Source of the DNA: Candidatus Fraserbacteria bacterium | GTDB lineage: Bacteria > Bipolaricaulota > Bipolaricaulia > RBG-16-55-9 > JANLFV01 | Assembly (NCBI GenBank): GCA_037446135.1 | Contig: JBBIJD010000058.1 | Location: 1-10,274 of the forward strand | Length of the DNA stretch: 10,274 nucleotides | Reading direction: 5' to 3' | Part shown: positions 1 through 6,000 of the stretch, in pieces | How positions within the stretch are numbered: the stretch's first letter is position 1 | How the letters are laid out: each line of letters opens with the position of its first letter | Notes under the pieces: generated by a model | What the model was told of the DNA's origin: nothing | The model's database searches: none | The model's input: only the letters and a program-made list of their open reading frames with translations | Position numbers and translations under genes: made by a program

Positions 1-201
1 ATCGAGTTGATCTTCCCCGAGGCCGAGCCGGCCCTTTCGCCGCTGGTCGACCCGATCGGGGTCCTGGCCCTCTTGACGATCTTCCTGGTCCTCTACAGCT
101 TCACTAAGGGGCTCGCCTGGATCATCGTCATCCTCGGGTGGGCCCTGATCATCGTCCGGATCGTCCTCACTATATTGAAGGTCAACGGAGTGGCCGTCTA
201 A
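1..201 (+). CDS. 3' end of a small hypothetical integral membrane protein (start probably upstream of the window)
   Basis: Frame 1 is open from base 1 to TAA at 199-201. It translates to IELIFPEAEPALSPLVDPIGVLALLTIFLVLYSFTKGLAWIIVILGWALIIVRIVLTILKVNGVAV, with two hydrophobic TM-like segments and GC3-rich codons matching neighbouring genes. Confidence 0.75.
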   Translation: MELIFPEAEPALSPLVDPIGVLALLTIFLVLYSFTKGLAWIIVILGWALIIVRIVLTILKVNGVAV

Positions 202-1357
202 TCGTCTCTGTGAGCCGAAACCCCCGTCGGGCCAACTCCGCGACGAACGGCCCCGGAGGGACGGCCCGCTCTAGGGGGATTACTCCATGTTCCAGCTCGC
301 CTCTGGCGATCATCTCCGCCACGATCGCCGCGGGGAAGGCCGTCGTCCGTTCCATCGCCGAGAAGCCGGTGGCGTCATCATGGAACTCCATCAGGTCCAA
401 TTGGATCTCGAGCGGCACGCCCTGGTCCTCTCCGCGGCAAGCGACCCGGAGGACCACGAGGTCCTTCTCCTCAGGGAAGGCGAGCCGGGGCGGGACGACC
501 CTATGGAATAGCTCCCGCGGCGAGACCTTGGCGCCCCCGACCTCGATCGGCTCAGGATCGAGTAAGCCCAGGTCGAGGATCGCCTTGACCTTCTCGTAGT
601 GGCCAGGATAGCGGACGGTCTTGTATTCGTAGGTCTTGAGCTTCCCCGCGAAAGTCCAGGGACAGGTCGAGGTCCCCCCGGCGGTGATGAAGGCCTCACA
701 CCTTCCGACCGGGGGCGGGAACTCTATCTCCTCCAGCTCGGTGAAGGTCTCGACCTCCCTGACTTGGCCATCCCGGAGGATGTAGGCCCTCCCGAAGTAT
801 TCGTTGGTGAGCCCTTCGATGCTAAAGACCAGCTTATATCCGAGCGGGGGCTTGGGGTCCTGAGGGAGGCCGCCACACCAGATCCGGACCTCTCGCGGCT
901 CCTCCATCTTGGCCATAGCGTAGACTGCTAGGGTGTTGGCCATCCCCGGGGCGAGGCCGCAGTCGGGGATGATCGTGACCCCGGCCTCCTTGGCCTGGGG
1001 ATCGAGCTGGAGCTGCTCTAGGACGAGCTCCGTATTCCCACCGAGGTCGCACATCCCCACGGAGGCGACGATCGCGGCCCTTGTGATCCCCAGGTTGAAG
1101 CGGTAGGGGACAGCGCTCAGGGCGACATCGGCCCCTTCGAGGGCTTGCGCCAGTGACCTCTCATCCGTGACATCGACTCGGGCCGGGCGGGCCAGCTCGC
1201 CCCCTATCAGGCGGTTGACCCGCCTAGCCGCTGCCTCGGCCCGCTCAAGGTCGAGGTCGGCCAGGATGACCGTCTCAGCCTCTCCGAATCGGGCGAAGTC
1301 GCAGGCCGCGGCCGTCCCTTGCATCCCTGCCCCGAGGACGAGGTAGCGATAGCCCAT
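182..1357 (-). CDS. Saccharopine dehydrogenase-family NAD(P)-dependent oxidoreductase, most like L-lysine 6-dehydrogenase (391 aa)
   Basis: The N-terminal Rossmann motif YLVLGAGMQG follows ATG 1357 directly. Family motifs present: CDLGG, IPDCGLAPG, CGGLPQDPKPPLGYKLVFSIEGLTNEY, EAFITAGGTST, YKTVRYPGH, SAMERTTAFPA. Start moved from 1441 (ORF track) to 1357 because family similarity begins there and a TATAAT box lies just upstream. Confidence 0.88.
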   Translation of the reverse strand: MGYRYLVLGAGMQGTAAACDFARFGEAETVILADLDLERAEAAARRVNRLIGGELARPARVDVTDERSLAQALEGADVALSAVPYRFNLGITRAAIVASVGMCDLGGNTELVLEQLQLDPQAKEAGVTIIPDCGLAPGMANTLAVYAMAKMEEPREVRIWCGGLPQDPKPPLGYKLVFSIEGLTNEYFGRAYILRDGQVREVETFTELEEIEFPPPVGRCEAFITAGGTSTCPWTFAGKLKTYEYKTVRYPGHYEKVKAILDLGLLDPEPIEVGGAKVSPRELFHRVVPPRLAFPEEKDLVVLRVACRGEDQGVPLEIQLDLMEFHDDATGFSAMERTTAFPAAIVAEMIARGELEHGVIPLERAVPPGPFVAELARRGFRLTETIRRPLR

Positions 1358-1370
1358 GGCTGAGATTATA
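1358..1370 (-). promoter_or_regulatory. -10 box TATAAT of a probable leaderless promoter for the dehydrogenase gene
   Basis: The minus strand reads TATAAT(1370-1365)-ctcagcc-ATG(1357), a 7-nt spacing. There is no Shine-Dalgarno and no recognisable -35. Confidence 0.65.
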
Positions 1371-1401
1371 CTGACTGCCGGCCTGGGCTGGGGGTGGAGT
1401 T

Positions 1402-1456
1402 TTGCCCCCGCTTCCTGCCCTTGGTAAGATACACCACCCAAGCCAAGGTTGGAGGT
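1402..1456 (+). promoter_or_regulatory. Sigma70-type promoter and RBS for the RAM-domain gene
   Basis: TTGCCC (1402-1407), 17 bp, TAAGAT (1425-1430), with an extended -10 TG at 1422-1423. SD GGAGGT at 1451-1456 lies 8 nt before ATG 1465. Confidence 0.65.
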
Positions 1457-1464
1457 GGCAGAGC

Positions 1465-1698
1465 ATGAGCGTGAAGGCCTTTATCCTGGTCCACATTAAG
1501 GCGGGGAAGATCGTGCCAGTGATCGAGAAGTTAGCCCGGCTCGAGGGGGTCAAGGAGGCCTATCCCATCACCGGGAACTATGATGCGATCATCAAGGCCG
1601 AGGTGAACGATATCAGGGATGTCCATCAGAAGATGATCGATAAGATCCATCAGATCGATGGTGTGACCGATACCAGCACCCACATCGTCCTCCAATAG
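1465..1698 (+). CDS. Stand-alone Lrp/AsnC ligand-binding (RAM) domain protein, 77 aa, no HTH
   Basis: MSVKAFILVHIKAGK...LARLEGVKEAYPITGNYDAIIKAEV...IDKIHQIDGVTDTSTHIVLQ matches the AsnC C-terminal pattern (AFILV; GVxEAYxxTGxYD; IxxIxGVxxTxT). A strong SD supports ATG 1465. Confidence 0.9.
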   Translation: MSVKAFILVHIKAGKIVPVIEKLARLEGVKEAYPITGNYDAIIKAEVNDIRDVHQKMIDKIHQIDGVTDTSTHIVLQ

Positions 1699-1710
1699 CT
1701 AGTAAATAGC

Positions 1711-1855
1711 CGTGAGCCACCCTTTCTTCTCTTCAGGGTGGCTCAGCGACCTTGAGCCCTCTCACCCCCACAGGCAGCCATGGAGGGTTCAGGATGGCTA
1801 AGAGAGTTCCCAAGAGAGAGCCTAGCGGGAGTCGGGTGGAAAGGGAATGGCAACG
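1711..1855. ncRNA. Candidate structured ncRNA, long imperfect rod, 6S RNA-like
   Basis: Nested complementary segments: 1711-1713/1853-1855, 1716-1719/1848-1851, 1720-1726/1839-1845, 1728-1733/1812-1817, 1742-1747/1797-1802 (one non-Watson-Crick pair) and 1751-1762/1782-1793 (three G-U pairs on +). It sits in a 185-bp intergenic gap. Strand and identity are not established. Confidence 0.4.
1713..1745. terminator. 11-bp perfect inverted repeat between convergent genes; possible terminator or part of a larger structured RNA
   Basis: TGAGCCACCCT (1713-1723) / AGGGTGGCTCA (1735-1745) with an 11-nt loop. No strong U-tract on either strand (only cggctattt on the minus strand). Confidence 0.4.
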
Positions 1856-1883
1856 AGGTGAAAATTCGGTGCCCGGGGTCAGG

Positions 1884-2846
1884 TCAGGGACGATACTCCA
1901 TCGCCATCCCTCTGAGCCGCTCGGCCCAGTCCGGCGGGGGCGGCTCTCGGGCATAGAGCTCGAAGCGGTGGGCCTCGAGGTCCCGGACCTTCTCCCCGAG
2001 GAACTCCGCGACGCAAGTGAGCTCATGGCCACGGGCGTTTGCCACCTCCCTGGCCTCGGCTAGGAATTCCGGCCAAGCCGGATCGCGCAGGAGATGATGG
2101 TCGACGATCACCCTCGGGATATGGGCGGCCAGCTCGCACAGGCTCCTCTTGGCGAAGGCGAGGCTCTCGGCCTGGACCCGCCTCTCCAGGTAGGTCGGCG
2201 GCCCGCCGATGAGAAGCAAGTCCGGCCCTTCAGCTAAGATATACTCGAGCGTGCTCTGGACCATCGGGCCCTGGACATCCGGTGCGAAGAGGAACCGCTC
2301 ATGCGGGGTGGAGATGGTGCAGAGCAGGACCTTCCCCAGGGGAGTCCCGGCCTCGCCGTGGTCCATGGGCGGGGAGAACTTGAGCCTCGTCCGACCATAG
2401 CGGAACTCCTCCCCATCGGCCACGATCAGACGGCAGTCCTGCCGCTGATAGATGTAGTAAGCCCGCCTCCGCTGGGAGAAGTTGATCCCCCTCTCCCGGT
2501 CCTTGAGGAGGACCTCCTTCCCGGAGTAGAGTGCCTCAGCCAGCTCCGGGGAGGAAAAGTTCATCCAGTGCCTGAAGGCCGGCATGTAGTGGTCGAAGTG
2601 GTAGTGTGAGATCGCCAGGACCGGGGCCTCTCTCGCCCGGGCTAAGAGCCTCCGCCCAGCCTCGAGGAGGGCCCTGGCTTCAAGGGGATGGGGCAAGAGC
2701 GATCTTAGGCCATGAGAGAGGCCGGGATCGAGGAGGACCTTCACATCAGCGGTGGCAACGAAGGTAGCGAGCGACCTGATCCCTAGTGACTCAGCCGCCA
2801 GAGGCTCGATGAGGATCTCTCCCCCCTTGATGGGCCGCGGTCCCAT
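1884..2846 (-). CDS. Metallo-beta-lactamase-fold hydrolase, UPF0282/COG2248-like (mainly archaeal family)
   Basis: The N-terminal PLAAESLGIRSLATFV...LLDPG signature, an intact HxHxDH motif (SHYHFDH), INFSQRRRA, DHG, PDVQGP, GGPPTYL and IVDHHLLRD all fit UPF0282 proteins as I recall them. It starts 6 nt after the upstream gene's stop. Confidence 0.8.
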   Translation of the reverse strand: MGPRPIKGGEILIEPLAAESLGIRSLATFVATADVKVLLDPGLSHGLRSLLPHPLEARALLEAGRRLLARAREAPVLAISHYHFDHYMPAFRHWMNFSSPELAEALYSGKEVLLKDRERGINFSQRRRAYYIYQRQDCRLIVADGEEFRYGRTRLKFSPPMDHGEAGTPLGKVLLCTISTPHERFLFAPDVQGPMVQSTLEYILAEGPDLLLIGGPPTYLERRVQAESLAFAKRSLCELAAHIPRVIVDHHLLRDPAWPEFLAEAREVANARGHELTCVAEFLGEKVRDLEAHRFELYAREPPPPDWAERLRGMAMEYRP

Positions 2847-2852
2847 CCTAAC

Positions 2853-3611
2853 CTAACTCCCTCCCCAGGCGGCCCGCAGCCGAGCCAGCCCCTCCCGGAG
2901 GAGGCCCCACCTTTCGGGGCCTGGAGGAGAGTTGAGGGTGAGGAAGCTCACTCCCCCAAGGTGGGGGAGGAGCGGCTCTAGCTCCTCTTTTGGCCCGAGG
3001 GCGACTCGGACCACCCTCCCCGTCCCGACGAGCCTCTTCAGCAGCTCGACCGGCTCCTCGCCGCCCGCACGGGCCTGGGCGAGGTCCAGGCTCAGCCCCA
3101 AGTTCAAGCCCAAAGCAGGGAGTTCCTCCAGCTCCTCTGCTTTCACGGGATAGCCCCGGGCGAGGTTCTCCACCGCCAAGGTTAGGCCGGAATCGCGGGC
3201 CAGTGGGGCGAGCTCACGCAGCCCCTCTCTGAAGCGCTCCACGGCCTCGGGGCTCACCTTGACTGGGAAGGGGCTCGTTCCGCCCCGGAGGATAAAGAGC
3301 TCGACCCCGAGAGCCGAGGCGATCGCCAGGGTCTCTCTCATCTCCTGGAGTGAGAGCTGATAGAGCCCCTCATGGGGGGTGATCAGTGAGGGCCAAGACG
3401 AGGGGGCCTGGAGGAGGAGCCTCTTCCCTTTGAGGAGGTTCCGGAGGCGACGGAGCTGGCGCTCCCGGAGCCGCCCGTTCCCCAGGGGATACTCCAAGTA
3501 GATAGCGATATGCTCAGCCCCAGCGGCCCGGGCCGAGCGGGCCTCCTCGTCCCAGGAGTTCTCATCTTGACTGACGATGAAGATTGTCGCCCCCAGGCTC
3601 GGCCGGGCCAT
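2853..3611 (-). CDS. AP-endonuclease-2/xylose-isomerase-like TIM barrel protein with degenerate metal-binding site
   Basis: The overall pattern fits sugar-phosphate isomerase/epimerase family barrels: LAIASALGVELFILRGG, FREGLRELAPLARDSGLTLAVENL, NLGLSLDLAQA. It has 6-nt gaps to both neighbours. Confidence 0.7.
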   Translation of the reverse strand: MARPSLGATIFIVSQDENSWDEEARSARAAGAEHIAIYLEYPLGNGRLRERQLRRLRNLLKGKRLLLQAPSSWPSLITPHEGLYQLSLQEMRETLAIASALGVELFILRGGTSPFPVKVSPEAVERFREGLRELAPLARDSGLTLAVENLARGYPVKAEELEELPALGLNLGLSLDLAQARAGGEEPVELLKRLVGTGRVVRVALGPKEELEPLLPHLGGVSFLTLNSPPGPERWGLLREGLARLRAAWGGS

Positions 3612-3617
3612 CCCTAT

Positions 3618-4076
3618 CTATCCGATCTGGCGGAGGAGGTTGATCAGCTCTAAGAGGCTCTCGGCCGCTTCGGCCCCCTTATGGGCCTTCAGTCCGGCCC
3701 GGGCGAGCCCCTGCTCCGCTGTATCGACGGTGAGGAGCCCATAGACTAAGGGGGTCCCTTCCAAGCTCAGCCTCGCCAGCTCCGCGGTCACCGCTTTTGC
3801 CAAGAACTCGAAGTGGGGGGTCTCCCCCTTGATGAGGCAGCCTAAGGGGATGAGCCCGTCATACTTCCCAATCCGGATCAGCCTCTGGGCCACTTGAGGG
3901 AGCTCGAATGAGCCGGGGACCCAAAAGACATCGATATCCTCGCGTTTGACCCCCCCGCGGATGAGCCGGTCGATCGCCCCTGAGAGCAATCGCTCAGTGA
4001 TGACGCTATTGAACCTACTGACGACGATCGCGATCTTCAGCCCCTCACCTTGGAGGGAGCCCTGGAACTCTCTCAC
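3618..4076 (-). CDS. ribH: 6,7-dimethyl-8-ribityllumazine synthase
   Basis: Motifs [30 protein letters not shown] and EQGLARAG, with the active-site Phe, His and Arg retained. The GTG start overlaps the ribBA stop (GTGA). Confidence 0.95.
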   Translation of the reverse strand: MREFQGSLQGEGLKIAIVVSRFNSVITERLLSGAIDRLIRGGVKREDIDVFWVPGSFELPQVAQRLIRIGKYDGLIPLGCLIKGETPHFEFLAKAVTAELARLSLEGTPLVYGLLTVDTAEQGLARAGLKAHKGAEAAESLLELINLLRQIG

Positions 4077-5287
4077 CTCGGCCTCCTCTCCGGGAGGTGG
4101 AGGGTATGGCCCAGCTTCTCCTGCTTCACCCGGAGGTAGTCGTAGTTATACTCATTCGGCTCGACCTGGAGAGGGATCTGCTCCACGATCCTCAGGCCGT
4201 AGCCCTCGAGGCCGACCACCTTCTTGGGATTGTTGGTGAGGAGCCGGATCGAGGAGAGGCCGAGGTCCTTGAGGATCTGGGCCCCGATCCCGTAGTCCCG
4301 GAGGTCCTCGCGGAACCCGAGCCGCCGGTTGGCCTCGACGGTATCCAGGCCCTGGTCCTGGAGGGCATAGGCCTTGATCTTATTGATCAGCCCGATCCCA
4401 CGCCCCTCCTGACGGATGTAGAGGAGGACCCCCTCACCTTCGGCCTCGATCCTTCTCAGGGCCTCGTGGAGCTGCTCGCCGCAGTCGCACCTTTGAGAGA
4501 GGAAGGTATCCCCCGTGAGGCACTCCGAGTGGACCCGGACTAGCACATCCTCCTTGCCCGCCACCTCGCCCTTCACCAGGGCCACATGTTCCTTCCCATC
4601 GACCTCGTTGCTGTAGGCCACGACCCGGAAGTGGCCGAACTCCGTGGGGAGGTCGGCCTCGGCCTCCCGCTTCACCAGCTTCTCCCGCTGGGCACGATAC
4701 CTGATGAGATCGGCGATCGAGGTCATCTTCAGGCCATGGCGCTTTGCGAACTCCCTCAGCTCCGGGAGCCGGGCCATCGTCCCATCATCGTTCATGATCT
4801 CGCAGATCACCGCTGCGGGGTAGAGGCCGGCCAGACGGGCCAAATCGACTCCCGCCTCAGTGTGGCCGGCCCGGCGGAGGACCCCTCCGGCCTTAGCCCG
4901 CAAGGGGAAGACATGGCCGGGCTGGACGAAGTCCCGTGGGCCCGCCGCGGGCGAGGCGAGGAGCTGGATCGTGAAGGCCCGATCGTAGGCCGAGATCCCG
5001 GTAGTGATCCCGAACCTAGCATCGACGGAGACGGTGAAATTGGCCTCCCCTCCCCGCTCGCCCCCGACCATCGGGAAGAGGCCGAGTTCATCGGCCCGCT
5101 CCTCGGTCAGGGGGACGCAGATCAGCCCCCGGGCGAATTTGGTCATGAAGTTGATCTTCTCCGGGGTGACCCGCTCCGCGGCCATCACCAGGTCCCCCTC
5201 ATTCTCTCTCTCCTCATCGTCGACGACGATCACCATCTCCCCGCGCCTGATCGCCTCGATCACCTCTTCTAGCGGATCGAAGACCAT
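4073..5287 (-). CDS. ribBA: Bifunctional 3,4-dihydroxy-2-butanone-4-phosphate synthase / GTP cyclohydrolase II
   Basis: DHBPS motifs [25 protein letters not shown] and RRAGHTE. GCH II motifs [10 protein letters not shown]...RCDC (three Zn-binding Cys), [14 protein letters not shown] and LLTNNP. SD AAGGAGG upstream. Confidence 0.97.
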   Translation of the reverse strand: MVFDPLEEVIEAIRRGEMVIVVDDEERENEGDLVMAAERVTPEKINFMTKFARGLICVPLTEERADELGLFPMVGGERGGEANFTVSVDARFGITTGISAYDRAFTIQLLASPAAGPRDFVQPGHVFPLRAKAGGVLRRAGHTEAGVDLARLAGLYPAAVICEIMNDDGTMARLPELREFAKRHGLKMTSIADLIRYRAQREKLVKREAEADLPTEFGHFRVVAYSNEVDGKEHVALVKGEVAGKEDVLVRVHSECLTGDTFLSQRCDCGEQLHEALRRIEAEGEGVLLYIRQEGRGIGLINKIKAYALQDQGLDTVEANRRLGFREDLRDYGIGAQILKDLGLSSIRLLTNNPKKVVGLEGYGLRIVEQIPLQVEPNEYNYDYLRVKQEKLGHTLHLPERRPR

Positions 5288-5289
5288 GC

Positions 5290-5886
5290 CTATGGACCCT
5301 CCTTCAGACTGAGCAGCTTCGCCACATATTTCCCGAGGATGTCGAACTCGATGTTCACCGGGTCTCCAGGCCGCCGGTCCTGGAGGTTGGTGACCCTATA
5401 AGTGTGAGGGATGACCGCCACATCGAACCGTCCCTCCCGGATGTTAAAGGCGGTGAGACTGATCCCATCCACGGCCACTGAGCCCTTCTCTACCAAGAGG
5501 TGGTCGAACCGGGGCGGGACGGCGAAGGAGAAGAGGTAAGAGCCCCCTTGGGGCTCGATGGAGATGATCTCCCCAACGGTATCGACATGGCCGAGGACGA
5601 AGTGGCCGCTGATGCGCCCTTCGGCCAAAAGAGGGAGCTCGAGATTGACCCGCTCCCCAGGCCGGAGCGAGCCGAGGTTCGTCCGGGCCAGTGTCTCCGG
5701 GCTCAAGTCCGCCGCGAACCACTGATCCTGATCTGCTCCGTTCACCTCGGAGGCGGTGAGACAGACCCCGTTGACGGCGATGCTCCCGCCCAATCGGGGG
5801 AGGAGCTCCTTCGGCGGGGAGACCACCAATCTCCCCGAGGTGAGGGCCTGGACTTGGCCTAACCCGGCGATGATCCCGGTGAACAT
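5290..5886 (-). CDS. ribE: Riboflavin synthase (bacterial homotrimeric/alpha type; ribC in E. coli nomenclature)
   Basis: N-terminal MFTGII and two internal lumazine-binding repeats ([10 protein letters not shown] / [10 protein letters not shown]), plus [13 protein letters not shown] and VNIEFD. Confidence 0.96.
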   Translation of the reverse strand: MFTGIIAGLGQVQALTSGRLVVSPPKELLPRLGGSIAVNGVCLTASEVNGADQDQWFAADLSPETLARTNLGSLRPGERVNLELPLLAEGRISGHFVLGHVDTVGEIISIEPQGGSYLFSFAVPPRFDHLLVEKGSVAVDGISLTAFNIREGRFDVAVIPHTYRVTNLQDRRPGDPVNIEFDILGKYVAKLLSLKEGP

Positions 5887-5921
5887 CGCTTTAGTTTACC
5901 CACACCATTTGGGAAAAGCAA
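5887..5921 (-). promoter_or_regulatory. Sigma70-type promoter giving a probably leaderless rib operon transcript
   Basis: Minus strand: TTGCTT (5921-5916), 17 bp, TAAACT (5898-5893), 6 nt, ATG (5886). No SD. Confidence 0.7.
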
Positions 5922-5925
5922 TCGG

Positions 5926-5987
5926 TTGAAACCCTCTCCCCCGGTCGATTACACTACTCTGCAAGCAAGAGCTTAGTGTGCGGGAGG
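5926..5987 (+). promoter_or_regulatory. Divergent sigma70-type promoter and RBS for yidC
   Basis: TTGAAA (5926-5931), 18 bp, TACACT (5950-5955). GGGAGG at 5982-5987 lies 13 nt before ATG 6001. Confidence 0.55.
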
Positions 5988-6000
5988 CGGACAGAGATCG

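Noticed and set aside
1358..1441. 28-aa N-terminal extension of the dehydrogenase, and the 1402 start for the RAM gene, both given by the ORF track
   Set aside because: Both extensions run through the divergent promoter region. Family similarity and the -10/SD signals support starts at 1357 and 1465.
1386..1448. Imperfect inverted repeats flanking the RAM promoter (GGCTGGGGGTGG/CCACCCAAGCC; CCTTGG/CCAAGG)
   Set aside because: They are short, GC-rich and widely spaced, so plausible by chance. There is no supporting evidence for an operator.
1465..1698. Visibly lower GC of the RAM gene as a sign of horizontal transfer
   Set aside because: It is largely explained by the Ile/Lys/Asp-rich protein. 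Third positions remain mostly G/C and no mobility signatures flank it.
1699..1883. Possible FMN or lysine riboswitch, tRNA or CRISPR repeat in the intergenic gap
   Set aside because: The gap lies downstream of both flanking genes. I see no FMN or lysine aptamer consensus, tRNA cloverleaf with T-loop, or repeat-spacer periodicity.
1733..2063. ORFs 1733-2032 (-) and 1752-2063 (+) crossing the intergenic gap
   Set aside because: They overlap the MBL gene and the structured element, and show atypical composition and no recognisable domain.
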